Source: Coniocarpon cinnabarinum | Lineage: Eukaryota | Assembly (NCBI GenBank): GCA_051942205.1 | Contig: JAVECO010000087.1 | Location: 62,001-95,003 of the forward strand | Direction of reading: 5' to 3' | DNA: 33,003 nucleotides | Shown: piece by piece, positions 12,672 through 22,851 of the stretch | Layout: the number at the start of each line of letters is the position of its first letter | Numbering within the stretch: position 1 is the first letter of the stretch | Position numbers and translations under genes: made by a program | Notes under the pieces: generated by a model | The model's database searches: none | Seen by the model: the letters and a program-made list of their open reading frames with translations, nothing else | What the model was told of the DNA's origin: nothing

Positions 12672-14602
12672 TCAAGGGTTGAGTCTTTTCCAGACTATCC
12701 CGCCAACAGCGATCATGCACGCTGTGGCGCCAATAATCATATAAACGGTTCCGTAGTCGTTCGAGTCTTCCTCCATCTTGGGAAACGCTTGCGCAGGATA
12801 CATGGCTGACTCAGCCAGCTGGACCAACATATTAGCAAAGCCAGACAGTAAATGCAAACTTGTCTAGTACTTACGTTGACAAACAGCTCAGAGATGCTGC
12901 TCCAAGTCGCACTCACGTGCAAGGGGGCAGACATGCTCAATGACGCTGTGTACTGATCCGGCTGCATATCGCTTTTCTGGACTGCCTTGTCCAAGTCTGC
13001 CTTCAGCGCAGCATAGACGGTCGGCAGCTCTTGCAACTGCTGAAACCTCTCCCTCAGAGACACGACGTGCTCAAAGCTACTTGGGTTACTCGAGTCGTAA
13101 GCGAAGCAGATGAGGTCTGTAGCATCAAGTCGAGCCTGGTTCTCAAGCACCGCTTCCTCCAACTCGCCAAGCTCTTCGAGTATCATGTAGCATTGCTTGC
13201 CGCCTTGTAACTCAACACTGTTCACGGCTTTGCGTGGTCTGATAGTTGGATGGTAAGTGGCATCAAAGGGTCGACTCAGAAATGCATTCAGTAGTGAGGA
13301 CTTGCCGCTGTCACTGGCGCCCAGCACGTAGCAGTGAAAGACGCTGCGTTCTACGCGACCAAGCTTTCTTCGGCGCTTACGGGCTTTGGTGATCTTCAGT
13401 GCGGCGGTTGTACCACCCCTCGTGGCTGACTCGAATCCCAACCAGGCTAAATACTCCAGCGTTGTCTTCGGAGACTCGAACGTTGTCATGCTCCATTGAG
13501 CCAACCAGCCCTGAAGTGTGACATACCCGGCATCATTTCGCATGGTACATGATGGAAAGTCGGATTCAACCCAAGAGTGAGGAAGACCAGGCGTGGGGGA
13601 GAACAGCGCAGACAGCTCAGCTTCACTGAGACCTCCATCATTGTCTTTGTCAAACAGCAGGAAAAGATCCACAAAAAAGCGGTAGCCAAGTGGGGATAGC
13701 TCTGCAGATGCATGTTGAGGCACTTCAAATTTTGGATGGAGAAAGCTTTCTTTGAGCGTGAGGCTGTCTGCGTACTGGAACGTGCGAAAAATGGTCCACA
13801 GGGTCTCGTGTCGCCCCTTCTCCACAAACATCTGATTCAAGCGTATGAAGCCATCCTCGTCCACCCCGTCAACATGTTCTGCTGTATGATCTTTTGATCT
13901 CACCGACAACTTGATGTCTTGCAAATCATCGTCGGATATAGATTTCTCGAACACTCTGGTTTGGAACCCTCTCAACTCGTCGTCACTGAGCAGACCGTCC
14001 TGATCAGTGTCGCAAAGATAGAAAATCCGCCGCAGAGCGCTGACTGCTGCAGGCTTGAGATTGGATTCTTTTGAATCAAAGAGAGGCGCAATGGGATGAG
14101 TGACGGCTTTTTGACACAGAAAAAAAGCCTCGTTGATATTGTGATGCTCTCTGGCGCTGGTGCGAATGCAGGAGTCTATCTCCTTCCATTCTCCCATGAC
14201 TGGCAGCATCTCATCTTCAACGATCTGAGGTGTGCTGCTATTCTTCGCTAGATCAGCTTTGTTAGCGCAAAGAACCACTGGCACGTTGACACCCAAAGAG
14301 CGAAAGTAAGGCATCCAGAAGAGGGCAACACGTTCATAGCTGTAATGGTCGGAATACACCAGTAACAAGACATTAGATTTCCGCAGCTCCTTGCGCAGCG
14401 TGTCTCTGTCTTGCGGCTGAGCAGAGGTGTCGACGATGACGGTGGTGACATTGTCGGGAGTGCCAAGCGTAGGTGGGAGCGTGATCTGAGGCAATACTGG
14501 CTGAATCCTTCCCGTAACGAAGACGTCTTTGACTAGACTGGTAATCAAAGATGACTTGCCAACTCCATCATCACCACAAACGCAGATCCGGACATTTGCC
14601 AT
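12672..14602 (-). CDS. GEM1: Mitochondrial Rho GTPase Gem1/Miro, ~624 aa; exons 14602-12875 and 12818-12672
   Basis: [17 protein letters not shown]ase 1, two EF-hands ([26 protein letters not shown]) and a second GTPase (GASDSGKSS). A GTAAGT..GCTAAT..CAG intron yields the C-terminal tail anchor [21 protein letters not shown]. In-frame ATGs at 14605 and 14620 are alternative starts. Confidence 0.95.
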
Positions 14603-15241
14603 CATGCTCGAGATGTACACATTTTCTCCCGCGGCCCTACCTTATTGCATGATCCAAACCTTCTGTTTTCTCGACTGATTACCAATGCATGCTATGGATC
14701 AAGACCACGTTTGACTTCTTTCAATATCTCTCGCAAGAGCCAATCTCGCAAGCCCTAGGCAGTGACTTGGATAGATATGATGCTGTCTTTGATATGCACA
14801 CGCGAGAATAACAGTACAAGGTAGCTTGGTCACTTTCACACCAATACCTACCTGCCTAGGTAGTTCCAGGGGCCCGGATCTTGGCCCCTGCTAAGCCTTG
14901 TGTCAGCGGAGCCCCGACCTCCGTGCCGCTAAGCGATATCGAGGAGGTTTCCGCTCCGGGTGGATGCACCTTCACAGCTCCACCTGCGTTTCTGCGGGTG
15001 GGACTCAACGTGCGCGCTCCGCAGCAGCACATGAGCAATGCTTATTTTGCGTTCGCAACAGGAAGGCTATACATTTACGCACCCACATTCCTGCTCTCGC
15101 TATCGGTAATGGCGCGAAGAGCACTGGTGTATGCGCAAGGGTCTGAGCTGCTATGAGTGGTCGCAAAAACAGACAGACAGGTCAATACCTTAGTATCGTT
15201 CACCATAGTAGGGCGTTGCGATACGCGACAACTTTGTCCCA
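14603..15241. promoter_or_regulatory. Divergent intergenic region shared by GEM1 and creC
   Basis: Head-to-head start codons about 640 bp apart; no specific binding site is claimed. Confidence 0.6.
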
Positions 15242-17352
15242 ATGCTCCCAACGTAAGTCATTATTAGCCGTAGCTAGTTTATCCATTTCCCCCGGACTAC
15301 TTTCGAGCATTCTGCTCATTCTGTTCACAGCGCAAATTCGCCTATAGCAGCCACGCCAAGAAGTCCTCTGACGTACGGAGAGCCACCAAACACGTTGACC
15401 CAGCCAGATGGCGATGCACAGCAATTGCTGCTCAGCGAAGGTCTGTGAATGACCCCTGGTTTGTTTACATCTACTCAGATGCAACGTAGGAGCATATGTT
15501 CTCCGAGATATCATCACGTTAGGGGCGATTCCTCCGCCGCCTTCAGAACATACCTCTATCCCTGTCAATGTCCTGGATCCAAAGCCGCAGCCGCCCACTG
15601 CCGCGCCCCACCTCTCACTTATCAATCTTGTGGAATCGCCCTTCGCCTCCACTGGTCATGATGCTCACCCTCTGTCTGACCGAAACGCTGGTGAGGACTC
15701 GCCGCAGAAGAGGACGGGGCCTACTAACGGTACGTCGCGTTTGAGCCATCTAGCATCCGGGAACCTCAAAGGTTATGTCCGTGGCAATACCACGCAGACC
15801 TCGAACGCTCCCAAAACCCCTTCAAGTCGAGACTCGCGTGAGTTAATCAAAAGGAAAAAGCCAAAGGCGAGCTTGCTTAAGAGCAACTCGTCCATGATTG
15901 CCAGGGTCAATCCGCAAGAAGGGCTATCAAAGCGTCTACAGGATCATAAGCCAGAGGGCTATTTTGCGTTTGTGAACAACAGTCGTGCTTTCCTGTGGAT
16001 GGACCTTTCTTCCGCATCAAAGGCGCAGCAACTGGTCAAAGTTCTCTACACTAGAGCGCAACCTCTCTGTCACGATGTGAATCCTCACACTAAGTCACCG
16101 GTCCACCTTGATGTCGTAATTGGCTTTTCATCAGCAGACATAAGTAAGGCCAGCATACCGCGGAGGGGTTGGCAGATGTTGACGGATGAACAGTGTGGTA
16201 CGAACCGATGTCGCAGAAATATTCGCACTTGAACAAGAATGTTCGTGAACCTTTTCATGCGCTAAGAATGATCTGCTAAATTTTCTAGGGAATGGTACAC
16301 CCTCTTCCAGTCACTGCCATCCGTTGGGTTCCTCCGCAGGAAAATCTGTTCCTTGCTGCGCACATTGATGGAACGCTAGTCATTTACGATAAGGAGAAAG
16401 ATGATGCCGCATTTGTTGCCGAGGACTTCTCGTCGCCACTTTCGCCGGCAGCCCTTGATGGAAGACGTTCTGTCCAGCTTGAGGTTCGCCGGTCGATGAA
16501 AGCCACACAGCCCAAGGCCAATCCTGTAGCTGTCTACAAAGCAACACGACAGCGCATCAATGCAATTGAGTTTTCTTTCGATGGTCAGCATCTTGCCATC
16601 GTGTGTGAAGACGGATCACTTCGTATACTGGATCTGGAGCATGAGGAATTGACCGACCTTTACACATCTTACTATGGTGGACTTTCTTGTATAGCGTGGT
16701 CTCCAGACAACAGGATCGTCATCACCGGAGGTCAGGACGACATTGTTTCTGTTTGGTCGCTTGAGGAACGTAGCTTGATCGCTCGCTGCTCGGGCCATCG
16801 ATCATGGGTGAGCGACGTCCGCTTCGATCGTTGGAAGTGTGATAGAGCAAACTACCGATTTGGAAGTGTTGGAGAGGACGGCAGATTGCTTCTATGGGAC
16901 TTTTCGACAGGCCTCGTACAACGACCACGAGCTGCCAGTATGCGACCTTCGGTCGTCTCTTTAGTCCGTTCGGAGTCAGCCATGGCTTCCCGAACCTCCT
17001 TAATACGATCGATTGAATCACCGAAACTCACTCGCGACAGTGAGGAACAAAGCAGCGAAGATAATATTGTGCACCCAGTGCAGAGTCGGGCGCAGGTAGC
17101 TACGTTGCCTCCAATCTTTGTAAGGGCGGACTGTTTTTGAAGTATGTTGAGTGAGTACTGACATGCCCATCACAGAACAAAGTCGTTGATGAGCACCCAC
17201 TGTCGGCGATCAACTTCATTGAGGATGCCATCATTGTCACATGTAGCGTTGGACATATCCAAACGTACGATAGACCGAAAGGGGCTGACGAGGAAGGAGC
17301 TTCAGTAGGCGACGAGTCAACTGGCAGTGCATTCAGTAATCCGTTCAAGTGA
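15242..17352 (+). CDS. creC: WD40 catabolite-repression protein CreC, ~609 aa; exons 15242-15252, 15331-15440, 15490-16143, 16194-16240, 16289-17119, 17176-17352
   Basis: RKKPKASLLKSNSSMIARV, CHDVN, DIMWYEPMSQKYSHLNKNG, SYYGGLSCIAWSPD..TGGQDD, GHRSWVS and YRFGSVGEDGRLLLWDF. Five GT-AG introns are all frame-consistent. Confidence 0.92.
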
Positions 17353-18230
17353 GCAGCAGCGAACAGTACGTTCGCCTGGTTGTGGGGCTCTAGTGCAAGA
17401 TCTACATCTTATTGGATGCCCAGCGCCGAAGCAAGCATGGGGACTGCATTTCTGGGAAACCCACCGAGCTGGACGGGAGCAGGATCTCGAAAACGCTCCA
17501 CTGCAAAAGTTGGACTGTTGCTCAAAGACGCTCCCACGCTACGGGCAGTGATCCCATTACCCACCTTATCAGCGATCTGATGGTCGATTCTAGTGTCTTA
17601 GGGAAGTCGCCACTCGATAGAGCCGGCGAACTGTGAAGCAACAGTATGGGCACCGTGCCAAGAGACGAGGAGAGCATCTCACGAATTATAGATCACAAGT
17701 CACTGAGGAGCTCGTGTGAGGCGAGGAGGATTCCATGAAGCAACGCCGTGACGTGTTTAAGGATTAGCTAAAGGCAGCGTCTATCGTTATCAGCTGCATA
17801 TCAACGGATCAACGGAGCCAGACCGGGCCGACAGCAAGCGGCAGATAGCCGCCCCAAGCGCCAAACGTTAATCATCGTGGCGCCAATTCCTGACCAAAGA
17901 TCTGCTGCAAACAGACCTCTCTGCCGCATCACTCTGCCCACCACTATCCGCCACCTCCCATATTTGCGGCGCTCTTGTCCTTGGCCTCGCTGCCGAAGAC
18001 ATGGCTCAACGCTCTTCCTGCGGGCCACTGCTCCCGCCCATGTTCGACGCTGGATGAGACTGCCATAGATATCGTGACTGCCTATCACGTCATCAATTCC
18101 ATTCTCATTTTTTCATGTCTGACTTGCATGCTGTCTTTAAATCATGATCACCGGTCTGGACTTGTCGTAGGCCTCCTGATACCTCCCTACACACTGCTAG
18201 CATCGAGTAGACTACGCATTACTATCCAGC

Positions 18231-20067
18231 ATGCCCCCTTGGAGGCCGCGTCGAAAGAACAGTGAGCCTTTCACGCTGCAAATACGGTATGTGCGCTTGA
18301 GTACTTCATGCGACGGCCGCCTCTGACGATTCCTCTGCGCTCAGACCCGACCGAGACTACGTTCTTCTCAAAGGGACTGCCCACGAGACGCGCGACTCGA
18401 AGATATTGATATCAGGTCAAGTGGTGATTAAAAGCACCGACGATTGTGCGATCAGGCATGGCGTGCACCTCCGACTTTGGGGTCGACTTCAGACATCACA
18501 CTATGGCATTCGTTCCACGAGCTCCCTTCAGCCTGGACCATTCATCCGGAACGCAAAGAACATACTCGAGATCAGTCAAGAGTTACTCGACCCAGATACT
18601 GGAGCGACAGTCAAATCCGTGAAGTCTGGCGAGACCAAACTCCCGTACTTGATCGAGCTTCCCGGCGACATATCCGAGACTGTCGTGGGACTGACTCACA
18701 CCGGTGTCACCTTCACGATGCAGGCCATGTTGGAAAAGGCGATGGTGCGCGTGCTTGACTTTGACGTTAGTGGCAAGAAGATCAAACAAGAACGCACTCT
18801 CAGAATCGTCAGAACCTTGAGTGATGAATCGCGAACAGAATTGCTTGATCGCGCTGAGCAGGTCGGGTCGTGGGATCCTAAGTGTTCTTACCAGTTTGGC
18901 AGCAGGTCGCGCGCCGTGCCATTCGGATCGGAAGTCGGCATCGACTTTCAGTTGACCCCTGCACATCCCAAAATCACTGTTGGGAAGATACACCTCTTGC
19001 TCCGCGAACGGCGCAGGGTGAAGACGTGGGATCCCTCGGCAGACTCTTATCCCCGCAATGACGAGTCCAAGAAGGGGTGGTGGGTTGTTGAGCAAGAAGT
19101 CGCCAAGGCGGATTTCAGGCTCCCGATCAATGCTCTGCAAATAGATCCGGTCACACAGGCTGACACCTACATTGCCAAGTTCTGGTTTGATCTCCCTACG
19201 AGCATGAACAAATGTCGCCAAACGATCGACGACCATTCTCACATCAAGATCGATCATACCCTGTACTATTCGGTCGAGGTATACAACATTGATGGCCACA
19301 TGAGTCAAATCAATGCAAATCATCAGATCCGCCTCTACATTTCAGAGCACAGGCCGCTCAATAGTGAGAACGCCACCTCATCGGTCAAAGCAACTGGCAC
19401 CACCCTACGTACGTTCCAAAATACCTTGGAGGCGGTGACCCAGCCTCCACCTCTGTATGACCAACACTATCTTGATGATCTCTTCGATGAGAGTCATGTG
19501 ATACCTCCTCGTACTCCGTGTGCACATAGTGGTGCTGCCACTCCTTCGCTGGGGACGAGTAGTCGCTCTAGTAGTCACGGCAATCTTGTGTCAATGACGG
19601 CAAGCAGTCAAGACCCACTACCCCAAGATCTGTCAGAACGTCTTGCTCAGCATTTGCACACATCCCAGCACGCTCCGAGCAATCTGAGGGGCTCAACATC
19701 TACGGACGTCTCACCGGAAGCTAGTAGGAACAACAGTGTGACAGAGCCCACGCCGAATAGCAGCTCGCCGGAGCAAGGGGCAACGACGACTCATGGCGAA
19801 CATCAAACAACACAGGTGAGTACTCTTGACACTCTCTTCTTGTTGAAAGTGGCTAGCGACAGGGGTGCAGCCAGTGGCTAACATTTCTCGACACAGCACA
19901 ACACCAGCATCACACCTCGCACAGCCTGGAACATCCAAGCTTTAAGCCGACTCAATTCCTACGAAACCGCGACACGAACGCCACCCAACGCGTCAGAAGA
20001 CGAACCGCCCAGTTACGAAGCCGCCATCAGTCGTCCACCGAGCCCTCCGCGAAGAAAAACATCGTGA
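18231..20067 (+). CDS. creD: Alpha-arrestin, CreD/Rod1-like Rsp5(HulA) adaptor, ~565 aa; exons 18231-18286, 18345-19815, 19897-20067
   Basis: Arrestin N/C-type segments (ELPGDISETVVG, LRIVRTL, AVPFGS, KCRQT..IKIDH..NIDGHMSQI). PY motifs PPPLYDQH and EPPSYEAA. Canonical introns 18287-18344 and 19816-19896. The sequence is divergent, so orthology rests partly on adjacency to creC. Confidence 0.8.
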
Positions 20068-22037
20068 GCTGTTGTGACACCCGCGGGCACGCGTCACAAC
20101 ATTACTTCAGAGTATCACTGCATAGCGCTGGCGTTCATTGATCATAAATTTTTCATGATGGGGTTTGTGCATTCGCTGACGCTTGGTCGAGTTGAGTGCT
20201 CGCACGTTTAGTGTCTTGAATACATTCACTTCTCTGCTGTCTTTCTTCCAATTCGAGTCTGACCGTTTTGTTGCAAATCGGTCCATCACGTCTAAGGCTT
20301 CCCACCGCCCTAATGTGGCTGCCGGTGACTATTTTGCTGCTTCAGTCGCTTCTCCCAATCTTTTTGCCATCCTGCTCATGACCTTTATCGTCTCTTGTAC
20401 GACGTCCATCTTCCATCTCATCATCTCTAACGATTGGGTGCCCGCACTACAATACACTTCCAGTCGCGTTGAAGCGGCTCTCGTTCTGAGCGGGCTCCTC
20501 GATGTTGTTACTGCCGATTCACGGCGTTGCGTAGCTGTATGCACTCTGAGCACCCACGTTTCATCGATTCGACTGAACCCACGTTCCTTCCTATCTTGCC
20601 GCCTGCAGCCTCGAGTATGTTTCCACAATCAAACACTTTCGGTAAGCTTTTCGTGAAATTGAGCCTGCCGCGCACGCGTTCGTTTCTTCATCATCATCAT
20701 CGTGTGTAGCAACAGTTATCCTGTGCGTCTATGAGCACGTCCGCCACGACGCCCTCTCACCCTTCTCGCTTGTGATCGTCTTGTTCAAGGGGTTCGGCTG
20801 TCGTGTGGCCTCGTTGAGTCCTTTCGTCGTGCCGGACTTTACCTCTTTCTCCCTCTTTTCTTTCCTGTTTTGCCTCCAGTGTGCGTGTCGTGGTTCAGTA
20901 CGTTGATTGTTTCCTCCGGGGTGGTGGGCCGTCCCTCTATTCGTTACACCGGGCTGATGAACTGGTGTCCTCATCTCGGAATACTCGCCTGAATGTCCTT
21001 CTTGCCTTGGCTACTCTTCACGTAGCTCTTCGCATCACCTACCCTTGCAATCTTCTCGACGACTGGCGTTCTGTTTGGCCTTCGAGTGAGGGTCTTGCTT
21101 TGCAACGCCTTTTCGACCTCGTGCTTTAGTAAGCTTGGTACAGAAATGCAATGGTTCATCTTACGTGCTTCGACGTTTGATTTTGATCGTCAATTCATAT
21201 AACACGCGCTGTGTTCTTTATTCCATAATGATTAGATTACAAGCTAAATGCTCAAGAAACCTGTTACGATCAATAAGGATGCCGAGTTTTTGAGGCAAAA
21301 GGCAAAAGCACAACACACGTCACACCATGTCACACGATAGGCTCCGAGATGAAGAAGCACGTTCGTCTCGACCCTGAGTGTTCTTCCACTGTCCTCGCCG
21401 TTCGTTTCCCTCCCTTCTGTTCGCTCCTCGAAAGAATAACTAGGGTCTCGCTGCATGACAAAAGGTCTGGCTCCTTGATCTGCATGAGACGGATGGCGAA
21501 GTCACAGAGATAGGAAGGAAGTCACGAACAGAGACGTGATCAACGACGAACATAGATGCTAAGTGAGGTCGGGACTTGAGTTCTTGATACGAGGGATGGT
21601 CGGGTATCTCGTTTGATCGCATCTTGTTTGTTCATATCTTGTTTGTTCAGAGTGCGGAGTGAGCACGAGTATTCGTATATGAGACTGGAAAATGAGCCGA
21701 GGTGGAAGAAAAGACTCAGATCAAGCAACGAGATCAAGAAGCGCGCAGAGAACCGGCAGGAGGGCTAACAAAGGACGAGGAAGTCCCAGCGAGGAGAGAC
21801 GGCGAGAGAAAGTCAGAAAGCGAGTGAGTTGATAACTTACGAGTTATAGAGGAGGAACACTCGTCTCTCCTTTTTTGAGATGTCCACACCTCTACCACTC
21901 CGCGTTTCCTCTTCCCTCATTTCTCCTCCCGTCCGGTCATGTCTCGGTTCCATCTCTGTGCTTCCCATGATCTTCTTGTCGATCTCTCGTTTCGAGGTAC
22001 GGTTTCTCTTGCTCTCATTTTGGTTTCTTGTCTATCT

Positions 22038-22075
22038 TGTTTCCATTTTGTTTCCATTTTGTTTCCATTTTGTTT
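22038..22075 (+). repeat. Tandem repeat (TGTTTCCATTT)x3.5 inside the putative TER
   Basis: Exact 11-nt units at 22038, 22049 and 22060, plus a partial unit at 22071. Confidence 0.95.
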
Positions 22076-22107
22076 GCTTTGGAGTTTAGCTTGAGGCTGC
22101 TATCCGA

Positions 22108-22149
22108 GAAGGAAGGAAGGAAGGAGGGAAGGAGGGATGGATGGATGGA
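22108..22149 (+). repeat. (GGAA)n/(GGAT)n purine-rich microsatellite inside the putative TER
   Basis: gaaggaaggaaggaaggagggaaggagggatggatggatgga read directly. Confidence 0.9.
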
Positions 22150-22222
22150 GACTACCCGCTGATATTGCTACTCAGGTGCGGTTTCAGGCGCCCAATTACG
22201 AGAGATATCAATTGTGACTGGG

Positions 22223-22280
22223 GTAAGGGAACAGAGATGGCTGGTGCAATGTATGCGTTTCAGTACTGACGTTGCAACAC
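22223..22280 (+). other. Terminal non-productive intron (spliceosomal-cleavage signal) of the putative TER
   Basis: GTAAGG donor at 22223 and TACTGAC branch point at 22264-22270, then AAC/CAC at 22276-22280 where YAG is expected. The first YAG is at 22372-22374. Confidence 0.65.
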
Positions 22281-22851
22281 GTGCGTGGAGTTACAATAAT
22301 GCTCTAAAAATGAGAGTACGGAGCTCGATGCGCGAGTTCCGCGAAGTCCAAGGAACGTACAAAGATCAAAGCAGCTTACTGTGCGGTGCAACTTGTGAGC
22401 ACTCCTACCTTAGGCACTTTTCATCTCAACATCATCAAATACGTTGTTGGGATTATAAACGTGGGCGTAGAGAGGACTCGATGGCGTCGTGGGTGGTCGT
22501 CAGATTGAACGGCATCGAAACATGGCGTAGACGTCAAAGTAACCTTCCACGTGTTTATCTAGATCTGCCATTGCTCATTTGCTTTGATAATCGTGCAACG
22601 AATGGGAGTTAAGAAGACGTTCGTGAATGAGTGGGAGCAATAGCTATGATGAAGCGTACGTAGACAGTAGCTGAGCCTCTGATGGTAGCAGAGACAGTCA
22701 CCCACTGATCCTGAGCTTTTGATCTGATACCAACTCGTCATCGTCATATTTGCGTCGTGAATGATATTTCAAGAGTTCTTACCAGGCCAAAACTACCGTC
22801 ACGGCGCAGTCACGCACCTGTACAAGATGACCGACCACCAACCCAACCCAC

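Larger units (their letters stand above)
20423..22222 (+). ncRNA. Putative telomerase RNA (TER), ~1.8 kb; 5' end approximate
   Basis: No recognisable protein. Termini pair (20423-20448 with 22175-22206). Nested long-range helices include a perfect 13 bp (20584-20596/21508-21520) and 9 bp (20541-20549/21647-21655). Candidate template 21038-21045, pseudoknot 21094-21311, P6.1-like hairpin 22087-22099, Sm-like AATTGTG 22210-22216, and a 5' splice site at 22223. Confidence 0.75.

Noticed and set aside
20752..20763. Alternative template CCCTCTCACCCT (would give TGAGAGGG)
   Set aside because: It is buried in a local hairpin (20743-20809) and lies outside the innermost core helix. Not fully excluded without telomere data.
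20831..21471. Alternative P3 pairing GCCGGACTTT / AAGGTCTGGC, resembling human P3
   Set aside because: It crosses several nested helices, and its 5' strand has a local partner (GAGTCC 20816-21). Kept only as a fallback model.
20107..22747. Short ORFs on both strands across the creD-CHY gap
   Set aside because: No recognisable motifs or consistent exon chain. Their biased composition follows the purine/pyrimidine pairing pattern of the RNA.
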